32,634 nt of DNA from an uncultured Weeksellaceae bacterium (GCA_964582635.1 CAZOSO010000001.1:39222-71855); one strand, 5' to 3'; positions 9,101 through 16,353 are shown, counted from the first letter of the stretch. Notes: generated by a model not told the origin, from the sequence alone. Numbers and translations are program-made.

Positions 9101-10172
9101 TGATATGTTGAAAGAACTGCTTGTTCGGATCGAATTTGCTCACCCCTCTACGGGAGCCGATCCAAATGGAGCCGGTACGGTCTTCATGGATCGTGTTGAC
9201 GATGTCGTTCGCCAAGCTTGAGGAAATATAATCCTGGTGCTGGTATTGATAGAAGCGCCTTTGACCGTCCTTTTTATAAGCACGAAGCAATCCCCCACCC
9301 GCTGTTCCGAACCAGAGTCGGCCTTTCCGGTCCAGGTGGATCGCCTTGACCACCGGATGAGGAAGTTTCCCCTTTCCTTCTCCGCCTCCGATCCGTTCGA
9401 GGATCCGGATCTTGCCTTTTTCCCGAGCCAGCTTAAAGAGCCCTTTATCGGTCCCTACCCACATTTCACTAGCCGATATGGGGTGAAGAGCATGAACAGC
9501 CCCCTCCTTGATAGGAGTCGGGAACAGCGCTCCCCGCTCGGGACAATAGAGAAAAAGGCCTTTTCCACTCGTCCCGACCCAGAGAGAATCTTTCCCTTTC
9601 CATCGGAGGGTGCGAACGGAAGTCGGAACAGAGAGGGACCCTTTATTGCTCATTCCGGGCGATCTGGCCACTCCACTATCCTTCTTCAGTACATGGATCC
9701 CATTATCCTGGGTCGCTATCCACACATTCCCTTCTCCATCCCTTTCCAGATCCTGGACGACCGGATCGAAACCTTCTTCAAAAGGGATGGAATGAAAAGA
9801 GCCGGTCCGATGTCGATACCGATCAAGGCCATTTTCCGATCCGACCAGAACATGGCCTTCAGGACCCAGGGCAAGGGAATGAATAAAATTATCGGAAATG
9901 GAACCGGAATCGAGCGGGTCCTTTTGATAGACCGTGAATTCGTAACCATTGAAACGGTTGAGCCCATCCTGGGTACCGATCCATATCATTCCCTTTGGGT
10001 CTTGTATAATGCAATTGACAGTGCTCTGGGATAGCCCGTTCTGAATGGTATAATGATCGAAGCGGATATCGGGCTTTTCTGCTGTACCTGTTCGAGGGAC
10101 CAGCAAAAAGAGAACAAAAAGGGTGTGGATCAAGAAGGATGGACCTTCTCTAGGGGATAGCATCGCGATCAT
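6171..10172 (-). CDS. periplasmic double beta-propeller/Y_Y_Y sensor fused to a class III adenylate cyclase and an HD-domain phosphohydrolase
   Basis: ORF-track frame 6171..10229. Start set at ATG 10172, which forms an ATGA overlap with the stop of the upstream gene; ATG 10163 is an alternative. Signal/anchor segment is FLIHTLFVLFLLVP. There are 14 Reg_prop-like blades (recurring W[IVL]GT..GL.R[FY], from MIWIGTQDGLNRF to EIFFGGINGLNAF), then a Y_Y_Y-like segment (RYRYLLEGFD...YTFKVWG), a TM helix (WWFRGLGLLVLAGSGFGAY) and a coiled coil. The cyclase core carries FTDFKGFT, KTIGDAYM and YDIWGDTVNVAARME. The C-terminus has the HD pattern YHDVRH ... LFHDAG ... CDADLDYLGR. Confidence 0.88.
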   Translation of the reverse strand: MIAMLSPREGPSFLIHTLFVLFLLVPRTGTAEKPDIRFDHYTIQNGLSQSTVNCIIQDPKGMIWIGTQDGLNRFNGYEFTVYQKDPLDSGSISDNFIHSLALGPEGHVLVGSENGLDRYRHRTGSFHSIPFEEGFDPVVQDLERDGEGNVWIATQDNGIHVLKKDSGVARSPGMSNKGSLSVPTSVRTLRWKGKDSLWVGTSGKGLFLYCPERGALFPTPIKEGAVHALHPISASEMWVGTDKGLFKLAREKGKIRILERIGGGEGKGKLPHPVVKAIHLDRKGRLWFGTAGGGLLRAYKKDGQRRFYQYQHQDYISSSLANDIVNTIHEDRTGSIWIGSRRGVSKFDPNKQFFQHITSHVLSEKGLNDKNVWEITTASENELWVGTRKGITRFEREQGHYYHYDRPIERFPDVNDKSVLSLSLGEKIWAGCVDGLYRIELGSDPSTARYIKMPYERRKKGESVQRSKVYNILRGKDGILWLGTRTGLKRYDPQSGKLELFSTDSSATARLSHSLVRDIHKGSKGNLWIATDGGGLNRLRVIEKNGERSYELKVFERDPKQPNSLNTNSLMSIWEGSKGYLWLGTYGGGLNRFDPESGHVEHYTEKEGLPNNVVYGVLGDEKGNLWMSTNRGICRFDKEKEEFTVFEKSDGLQSDEFNIGAYHRSDSGEIFFGGINGLNAFHPSRLEKNPYPPEMVFTRLKLFNVAERPKKGGVLEQDIEETERIVLSPDQNNFTLEFAALHYSQPEKNRYRYLLEGFDKDTVEAGRDRSAHYTNLDPGTYTFKVWGCNSDGVWAQEPAELEILVERPYWATWWFRGLGLLVLAGSGFGAYRYRVNLIEGQKRKLEMEVRRRTQEVTQQKERIEEQNKLLEEEKEKVEEQRSLLEEEKNKVDKLLVNLLPEDTANELKTGGRASARHYRMATVMFTDFKGFTKIAEQMKATELVARLDSYFIKFDQIIERWELEKIKTIGDAYMCAGGIPIRNKTNPIHTVLAGMEIQRYMQKQRNRLENKDEDHWELRIGIHTGELIAGVIGIKRYAYDIWGDTVNVAARMESNGEVGKVNISGSTYSYIEPFFECTYRGKVHAKNKGHIDMFFVDRIKPELSVDGKGEEPNEAFWEYMNLHFFSKINYRKAEKALLKKLRKELPENLYYHDVRHTEDVCQAVERLAFMEGIEGEDLFLLKTAALFHDAGFVEQYENNEWIGARMAKEMLPNYGYTEEQLDQVASMIHATQVPPKPKNHLEEIICDADLDYLGREDFHEIADKLRKELMERGKIQSMIEWDRLQVSFLREHHYFTESAINLRRKKKLEHLREIEERLAKMEAEANEQGPAEE

Positions 10173-11959
10173 TCTACTGCCACCCCGATAACCAGGATAT
10201 CGTCGATCTGTTCTAGGTCGCCTTTCCATTCCTCGATGGTCCGATCGAGCACTTCCTTCTGCTCGCTCATGGGTTTATCGCTGATGGATATCAGGAGTTC
10301 CTTGAAGGGGCGATATTTGAACTTCTTTCCCTTGGGACCGCCGAATTGATCGGGAAAGCCATCGGAGAAAACATAAAGGATATCCCCTTTTTGGACGTCG
10401 ATATCGATGGTGCTGTAATTGTGATCTTCCTGGCCACCGATCGGGTTCTTATCGGCTTTATATTCCAGAAGCTCTTCATTCCTTACGATGTAAAGGGGGT
10501 TATTAGCTCCGGCGAACTGGACCCTACGGTTCTCCTTATCGAGGGTACAAAGAGCCATATCCATCCCATCGTTCACGGATTCCCCTTCGCTCGTGCGTGT
10601 GAGCGATTTTGTCGCGGATCGATCGAGGTCGTCGAGGATCTTACCCGCATCTTCGAGCTCGTGTTCGTTCACGGCTTGGTGAAGCCCGTTATGCCCCACC
10701 AGGCTCATAAAGGCCCCTGGCACCCCGTGGCCGGTACAATCGACCGCGGCGAAGATCTGTTTCCCTTTCGTTGTCTCTTCGAACCAATAAAAATCCCCTG
10801 AAACGATATCCTTCGGCTTGAAAAGCACGAAAGAATAAGGGAGTTTATCCGCGATCCACTCGTCGGAGGGTAATATGGAGCTTTGAAGCCTTTTCGCATA
10901 GCGGATGCTATCGGTGAGGTCCTTGTAAAGGCCTTCAACCTTTTGCTTTTGCTCCACCACTTCCTGCGTCCTCTGCCGGACTTTCTCTTCGAGGATCCGC
11001 TCGTTCTCTCTAAGGTCGTCCCTCATCTTCAAAAGGGCATGCCCGAGGGTATCGTGGGGGCTCAGGGGTTCGAACTCGTAATCGAAGTTGCCGGCCCCTA
11101 CCTGCTTGGAGAAATCGGTGGTCCTTTTAAGCCCGTCCACCAGATCGTTGAGAGCCTCCGACATCTCACCGATCTCGTCATTGGTCGGCTTGATCCGATG
11201 TTCGGGAAAGATCCCTCGGCCAAGGGACAGGAGGATCCGCTTAAGGTTCTGTACCGGCTGCACGATGGAACGCACCGTGAATATGGCAATGAGGAGGCCT
11301 ACGATGATCAATCCCACTCCCACATAGCGGACCAGGAATTGAAGGGTATCGAAAGATGCGATCATGTCCCCTCTTACCTCCCTCGTAGCCTTCTTTTGCC
11401 GCTGGATCAGATCCTCCAAAAGGGTAATGAGGTTCTCGGTCTTTTGGTGGACCTCCCCCCCGCTTTCCACTTTAGGGAGGACCATGAGGCGTTTGGAAGG
11501 AACTTGATAACTATCGAACGATGAGAGGGAGCTTCGAATGGTTTCGTGGACCTCGAAAAGGCTTTTGATGTTATCGTAGATCTGATCGAGGAGTTCTTTC
11601 CGTGTTTTATCGTATTCATCCACGTTACGCTCACTCCAATGTGTGGAAAGGCTCTCCAAACTATCGCGGAGTGTGGGCCACTCCCTCTTGATCAACGTAT
11701 CGAGCTCTTGCTTCTTCTGGTTATCCCTGCGACTTTGAACCAGTCCCCAATAAGTGATGAGCATCTGAGAGCGTACGATCTTCAGCTTCAACTCCTGAAG
11801 CTTATCGATCGAAGGGCTATAGATGTTGTTGATACGCCGGTTGATCGAGCGGCTCTTATCCAGGGCATCGTTCGTGAAGAAAAGGACCAGAACGATGAAG
11901 AATATAAAGAAACCGAAACCGGTAAAGATCTTTCTCCCTATGGTGAATCGAAAGGGCAA
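10169..11959 (-). CDS. membrane sensor HAMP-domain SpoIIE/PP2C-family protein phosphatase
   Basis: 596-aa ORF. TTG start 9 nt after the upstream stop; there is no in-frame ATG for the first 65 codons. Domain order: TM1 (IFTGFGFFIFFIVLVLFF), an extracytoplasmic helical domain of about 175 aa, TM2 (VGVGLIIVGLLIAIFTV), a HAMP-like segment (IVQPVQNL...DEIGEMSEALNDLVDGL), a coiled coil, then SpoIIE motifs (SGDFYW, AAVDCTGHGVPGA, DGMDMAL, FSDGFPDQFGG, DDILVIG). Confidence 0.88.
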   Translation of the reverse strand: MPFRFTIGRKIFTGFGFFIFFIVLVLFFTNDALDKSRSINRRINNIYSPSIDKLQELKLKIVRSQMLITYWGLVQSRRDNQKKQELDTLIKREWPTLRDSLESLSTHWSERNVDEYDKTRKELLDQIYDNIKSLFEVHETIRSSLSSFDSYQVPSKRLMVLPKVESGGEVHQKTENLITLLEDLIQRQKKATREVRGDMIASFDTLQFLVRYVGVGLIIVGLLIAIFTVRSIVQPVQNLKRILLSLGRGIFPEHRIKPTNDEIGEMSEALNDLVDGLKRTTDFSKQVGAGNFDYEFEPLSPHDTLGHALLKMRDDLRENERILEEKVRQRTQEVVEQKQKVEGLYKDLTDSIRYAKRLQSSILPSDEWIADKLPYSFVLFKPKDIVSGDFYWFEETTKGKQIFAAVDCTGHGVPGAFMSLVGHNGLHQAVNEHELEDAGKILDDLDRSATKSLTRTSEGESVNDGMDMALCTLDKENRRVQFAGANNPLYIVRNEELLEYKADKNPIGGQEDHNYSTIDIDVQKGDILYVFSDGFPDQFGGPKGKKFKYRPFKELLISISDKPMSEQKEVLDRTIEEWKGDLEQIDDILVIGVAVE

Positions 11960-11968
11960 GGCCTTCTA

Positions 11969-12862
11969 TCAGTGTTTTCTTTCCTTAATGATCTTTTTCT
12001 TCAATTCCTTGTAGTGCTTGGATTTTTCGTCTTCATTCAAGCTATAGTAAATACCGGATAGGCCTTCGAGAGTCTCCAACCGCTTCGGCCTTTGCTCGTG
12101 AGCTTTCTTCATGTAAGGAAGGGCCTTTTTGAATTTTTGAGTGGAGCGCTTTTGCATCTTCTTGACCTTTTTCAGGTCCACATCCATCTGAGTCGGATCC
12201 ACCTTTTGAGCGATCTGAACGCCCCAGTTGTAATACAAAATGCCTGAATTGTAATTGGCCAAATAATTGGAACTATCCAATCTCAGGACCTCTCCAAAGG
12301 CATCGATCGCCTTTTCAAAGCTTTCCTTGTCATGTCCCCTTTGTTTTTCATAAAGGCTCATGTAGACCACTCCCAGGCTATTCTTAAATCCGATGATATC
12401 TTTCTTAAGGTCCTTCTCAGCCTTACCGGATTCCTTCATAAGGGATATATAGCGCTCGTAAAGCTGCACAGGCTTTTCGATACGGCTGGTGTCAAGCCGT
12501 TTCATGGCATCATTGTAATAAGTTTGGGCCATGTATTTCAGCCCTTTTTGGCAGGCCTTCTTGACCCTTTCTTCTGCTCCTTTCTCGATCGCTTTTTTAA
12601 AGGATCCGATGGCTTTTTTCCGGTTCTTGGAACGTTCAGGTTCTTCAGTGGCCTTGAAAAGGTCTTTATAGATGAAGCCCCTGACTTGCCAGGTATAAGC
12701 TTCTTTTTTCTCTTTCTTCAGGGTGATCGCGCTATCGATCTTTTCCTGGGCCTCCCTTAATTCCTTATTCTGATAATGCTTAAGGGCCAATTGGGTCGCG
12801 CTTTGCCCTAAGGCTCCTGCAGAGAGGAGAAGAAGGGACGATATGAGAACAACGCGCAACAT
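11969..12862 (-). CDS. secreted TPR-like helical-repeat protein, function unknown
   Basis: ORF-track frame 11969..12868, whose first codon is TTG. ATG at 12862 gives MLRVVLISSLLLLSAGALGQ, a clean signal peptide. The rest is lysine-rich and helical with TPR-like segments (AIDAFGEVLRLDSSNYLANYNSGILYYNWG). I recognise no specific family. Confidence 0.7.
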   Translation of the reverse strand: MLRVVLISSLLLLSAGALGQSATQLALKHYQNKELREAQEKIDSAITLKKEKKEAYTWQVRGFIYKDLFKATEEPERSKNRKKAIGSFKKAIEKGAEERVKKACQKGLKYMAQTYYNDAMKRLDTSRIEKPVQLYERYISLMKESGKAEKDLKKDIIGFKNSLGVVYMSLYEKQRGHDKESFEKAIDAFGEVLRLDSSNYLANYNSGILYYNWGVQIAQKVDPTQMDVDLKKVKKMQKRSTQKFKKALPYMKKAHEQRPKRLETLEGLSGIYYSLNEDEKSKHYKELKKKIIKERKH

Positions 12863-12864
12863 GG

Positions 12865-13428
12865 TCAATGGACCTTATAGGCCAATTCTTGTAGCTGATT
12901 CCCGACCGTAAGCCCGTACTTCTTTGCGTTACCCCGACTCAGCTCGTATTCGAGTTGATTGTTCTTGATGACGAAATTGATCACCGCTCCCCGCCGTAAC
13001 GCTCCTTGCCTTTCGGACACCAAAAGAGTGCTCCGATCTTCGCTTTTGAGTTGGCTCAAAGAAGAGGTCTCCTCCTTTCCTATAAATAGGATGTTGCAAC
13101 GGGAACCCACATCATCCGCGCTACTGTATTTTTTGATATCGATGGTCTGATTCCCGATCCGCTTGTCCTGATACTTCTTGCGGAGCTCTTTATAGAGGTT
13201 GTCGGAGTCCCCGTCGACCAAAAGGCCGATCGTGAAATCACCTTGTTTATAGGCTCTCGGCCAATCGACAAGCTTGGTGAAACTAAAAAGGTAGGCGGCC
13301 TTATAGATCGATTTCGTGTCCTCCTCCTGGTTCTGAGCATAGAGGCTGATACTTCCCAGCAAGAGGGAACAAAGAAATATGGGAAGTAATTTTCTCAAAA
13401 CCACGTTCAGAGGACCTAATGATCGCAA
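12865..13428 (-). CDS. YfiR-like periplasmic protein (DUF4154 family)
   Basis: Signal peptide (LLPIFLCSLLLGSISLYAQ) followed by the DUF4154/YfiR hallmark K-A-A-[YF]-L-x-x-F-x-K-[FL]-V-[DE]-W-P (here KAAYLFSFTKLVDWP). Later conserved-looking blocks are CNILFIG, LLVSE, GAVINFV and YELSRGNAKKYGLTVGNQL. The start is uncertain: TTG 13428 is the ORF-track start, and GTG 13404 or TTG 13398 (giving MRKLLPIF...) are alternatives. Confidence 0.75.
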   Translation of the reverse strand: MRSLGPLNVVLRKLLPIFLCSLLLGSISLYAQNQEEDTKSIYKAAYLFSFTKLVDWPRAYKQGDFTIGLLVDGDSDNLYKELRKKYQDKRIGNQTIDIKKYSSADDVGSRCNILFIGKEETSSLSQLKSEDRSTLLVSERQGALRRGAVINFVIKNNQLEYELSRGNAKKYGLTVGNQLQELAYKVH

Positions 13429-13430
13429 TT

Positions 13431-13458
13431 TAAGAAAACTCCGTCCATCGGACGGAGC
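13431..13458 (-). terminator. rho-independent terminator of the ferritin gene
   Basis: The minus-strand RNA reads CUCCGUCC-GAU-GGACGGAG followed by UUUUCUUAAAUU. The stem is 13439-13446 paired with 13450-13457 (8 bp). It lies about 80 nt downstream of the ferritin stop. Confidence 0.7.
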
Positions 13459-13534
13459 CTTTCTCCTCCCAACTTCATACCGATCGTATAAGACCTATTG
13501 AAGTTCGGAGCGATAACGAGAAAGCTGCAGGGAC

Positions 13535-14056
13535 TTACTCGTTACCCCCGTTGCCCCCTTCATCTCCGTGTTTGAAGTTCTCCAGATCGCGGTCGAACAG
13601 GTAAAGACCTGCTTTATCGTTCCCGATCATATTAAGCTTATCCAGGATGTCCCGAGCCAGGGATTCTTCTTCGATCTGCTCGGAAACGTACCATTGCATG
13701 AAATTGTGGGTGGTATAGTCTTTCTCATCAAGACATTTCTCGACGATGTCATTGATATGCTCCGTGACTTGGATCTCATGGTCCAAGACCTTTTGAAAGA
13801 TCTTGCCAAGGGAGGTGAACGTAGCATCCGGCTTTTCCAACTGGGGAACGATCGCATGCCCTCCTCTTTCATTGATGAAATGAATAAGCTTCAGCATGTG
13901 CTGCCGCTCTTCATCGGAGTGTTGGAAAAGGAATTTCGCCGTCCCGCTATAACCTTGTGTTTCTGCCCATGAGGCCATCGAAAGGTAGAACTGTGAGGAT
14001 TCAGCCTCAATGGCGACCTGAGCGTTGAGAAGTTTTTCGATCTTTTTGGAAAGCAT
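13535..14056 (-). CDS. ftnA: non-haem bacterial ferritin
   Basis: 173 aa with an ATG start. LNAQVAIEAESSQFYLSMASWAE ... QHSDEERQHMLKL ... VLDHEIQVTEHIN ... MQWYVSEQIEEE matches the ferritin four-helix bundle and its ferroxidase Glu/His ligands. Confidence 0.9.
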   Translation of the reverse strand: MLSKKIEKLLNAQVAIEAESSQFYLSMASWAETQGYSGTAKFLFQHSDEERQHMLKLIHFINERGGHAIVPQLEKPDATFTSLGKIFQKVLDHEIQVTEHINDIVEKCLDEKDYTTHNFMQWYVSEQIEEESLARDILDKLNMIGNDKAGLYLFDRDLENFKHGDEGGNGGNE

Positions 14057-14183
14057 AGGATCCTAGGTTTTGATTCTTTGGATCGAAATTACACTTCTTT
14101 TGCTGCAAGGGGCAATTTGATTCCCCTAATGATCCGCCTTTTCCTTAACGAAAAAGCAATAAAAAAGCCTCCTTCCACTTCCG

Positions 14184-14191
14184 TACCTTTA
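14184..14191 (+). promoter_or_regulatory. near-consensus -7 box (TACCTTTA) upstream of rnr
   Basis: One mismatch to TAnnTTTG (final G to A). It ends 17 nt before ATG 14209. Confidence 0.3.
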
Positions 14192-14208
14192 CAACACACA
14201 ATTCGAAT

Positions 14209-16353
14209 ATGAGCAATAAACATAAAGGAAAAGGGCAGGGGAAATTCAAGCAACAGCTTCGCGATCAAGTAGAAAAGATCTTATCCGAACAACCCAAGCG
14301 GACCTTCAATCCTAAACAACTAGCATCCCACCTCCAATTAAAGACCAAGGACCAACGGAAGGCGCTCGAAAAGGTTCTGGAGCGCATGGTCCGGAAAGAA
14401 GAGATCGTCAAGAAAGGAAGGGCCGGATATAAAGCCTCTCCCAAGGTCGCTTATGTGGAGGGAAAGGTGGATATGACCCGAAGGGGATCCGCCTACGTTA
14501 TTTCGGATGAACTCGAGAGCGATGTTTTCATCGCCCCTAAAGACCTTTCAACCGCTCTCGACGATGACCGGGTGAAAGTGCATCTTTTTGCACGGAGCAA
14601 AGGAAAGAACCCTGAAGGAGAGGTCGTGGAGATCCTTAAAAGGGCACGTGAGTCTTATGTGGGAACCTTAGAAGTGAAAAAAGATTTCGCTTTCCTCATC
14701 CCGGACCACGAGAAAATGCACGTGGACATCTACATTCCCCTTGATCGGCTTAATAAAGGGAAAGATGGGGAAAAGGCGATCGCAGAGATCACGGATTGGC
14801 CCCCCGAAGCATCAAGTCCCTTTGGACGAGTGATGCAGATCTTAGGAGCTCCTGGCGATCATGAGGTCGAAATGCATTCCATCCTCGCCGAATACGAGCT
14901 TCCCTCGGACTTTCCGGATGAGGTCAAGAACAGTGCTGAAAAGATCCCGGATGAGATCCCTGAAGAAGAGCTCCAAAAAAGAAGGGATATCCGGGAAACA
15001 CCCACATTTACCATCGATCCGTATGATGCCAAGGATTTCGACGATGCGATCAGTTATCGCCGGACCGAGGAAGGGCTCCATGAAGTAGGGGTCCATATCG
15101 CTGATGTTTCCCATTATGTGAGACCGGGATCCACCGTTGATCAGGAAGCATACAAGCGAGCCACCTCCGTTTATTTGGTCGACCGGGTGGTTCCGATGCT
15201 CCCTGAACACCTTTCCAACGGTGTTTGCTCTTTGCGCCCGGAAGAAGATAAGCTCACTTTTTCAGCCATCTTTCACCTTAACGACGCCGGGAAGATCGAA
15301 AAGGAATGGTTCGGTAAGACCGTTTCCCGTTCGGATCGACGTTTCACCTACGATGAAGCTCAGGAGATCCTCGATGGAAAGGTGCAAGGGCCCTTGAAAG
15401 AGGAACTCCAACGAGTGAACGAGCTCGCAAAAACTCTTCGCAAAGAACGAGTGGAACATGGCTCCCTGGAGATCGAGAGCGAGGAGGTGAAATTCGAACT
15501 CGATGAGGAAGGGCGACCTGTAAGCATCGTTCCCAAGGTCATCAGAGAGGCCAATCAGCTCATCGAGGATATGATGTTATTGGCCAATCGTCGGGTAGCT
15601 GCTCATATAGGAGCTAGGGAAAAACCCAAACCCTTTATTTATCGAGTCCATGATACCCCGGACGAGGAGAAACTAAAAGTCCTCAAAGAGTTCGTGGGCA
15701 AATTCGGCTATAAGCTCCATTTCAAACCCGGAAAATCAGCTTCTTACGCGATCAACAAACTGCTCCACGACATTAAAGGGTCCTCAGAGGAAAGCGTGAT
15801 CTCCTATATGGCCATTCGATCCATGGCCAAGGCGGTCTATAGTACGGACAACATAGGACATTACGGACTCGCTTTCGAATACTATACCCATTTTACCTCG
15901 CCCATCCGTCGATATCCCGACCTTGAGGTCCATAGAGACCTCCATCGGTTCCTCCAAGAAGGAAAGACCGCCGAAAAGGACGACCTGGAAGAAATATGTC
16001 TTCATGCTTCCGAAAGGGAGGGCAAGGCGACCGAAGCCGAAAGGGATTCGATCAAGTATAAACAGGTGGAGTACCTGAAGGACAAAGTGGGGGAAAGCTT
16101 TCCTGGGATCGTTAGCGGGATCACCGATTGGGGACTCTTCGTAGAATTAAAGGAAAGCAAGTGCGAAGGGTTGATCCGCTTGCGCGATATCGACGATGAC
16201 CTCTATTATTTCGACCAAAAGAACTACCGGATCATCGGAAATCGAACAGGCCGGCAATTCGATATAGGGGATGAAATAGAAGTCCAGGTGACAGCTGTGG
16301 ACCTGAAGAGGAAAGAGCTGGACCTGAAACTATTGAGTGAAGAGGGGGAATAA
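14209..16353 (+). CDS. rnr: ribonuclease R (3'-5' exoribonuclease)
   Basis: 714 aa. Basic N-terminal region and cold-shock-like domains, then RNB catalytic motifs (FTIDPYDAKDFDDAIS, VHIADVSHYV, SVYLVDRVVPMLP, HYGLAFEYYTHFTSPIRRYPDL), then a C-terminal S1 domain (FPGIVSGITDWGLFVEL). Confidence 0.93.
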   Translation: MSNKHKGKGQGKFKQQLRDQVEKILSEQPKRTFNPKQLASHLQLKTKDQRKALEKVLERMVRKEEIVKKGRAGYKASPKVAYVEGKVDMTRRGSAYVISDELESDVFIAPKDLSTALDDDRVKVHLFARSKGKNPEGEVVEILKRARESYVGTLEVKKDFAFLIPDHEKMHVDIYIPLDRLNKGKDGEKAIAEITDWPPEASSPFGRVMQILGAPGDHEVEMHSILAEYELPSDFPDEVKNSAEKIPDEIPEEELQKRRDIRETPTFTIDPYDAKDFDDAISYRRTEEGLHEVGVHIADVSHYVRPGSTVDQEAYKRATSVYLVDRVVPMLPEHLSNGVCSLRPEEDKLTFSAIFHLNDAGKIEKEWFGKTVSRSDRRFTYDEAQEILDGKVQGPLKEELQRVNELAKTLRKERVEHGSLEIESEEVKFELDEEGRPVSIVPKVIREANQLIEDMMLLANRRVAAHIGAREKPKPFIYRVHDTPDEEKLKVLKEFVGKFGYKLHFKPGKSASYAINKLLHDIKGSSEESVISYMAIRSMAKAVYSTDNIGHYGLAFEYYTHFTSPIRRYPDLEVHRDLHRFLQEGKTAEKDDLEEICLHASEREGKATEAERDSIKYKQVEYLKDKVGESFPGIVSGITDWGLFVELKESKCEGLIRLRDIDDDLYYFDQKNYRIIGNRTGRQFDIGDEIEVQVTAVDLKRKELDLKLLSEEGE

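Noticed and set aside
11067-11074. GGTTCGAA, a tRNA T-loop-like motif.
   Set aside because: It lies inside the well-supported HAMP-PP2C coding frame, and I could not build acceptor, D or anticodon arms around it.
7785-11524. Several long plus-strand ORFs (7785..8426 at 213 aa, 9237..10034 at 265 aa, 10883..11524 at 213 aa) inside the cyclase and HAMP-PP2C genes. Similar antisense ORFs occur at 24192..24866, 29319..29882 and 4823..5398.
   Set aside because: Each lies antisense to a gene with strong family motifs, and their translations are Pro/Ser/Leu/Ile-rich with no domain signatures. Long antisense frames are expected when the sense-strand codon usage avoids the complements of stop codons.
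14776-14783. GCGATCGC octamers (14776-14783 and 24597-24604), identical to the cyanobacterial HIP1 palindrome.
   Set aside because: Only two exact copies occur in 32.6 kb, far below HIP1 densities, and the gene content is not cyanobacterial. They are better explained as a by-product of the general GATC/CGATCG enrichment.
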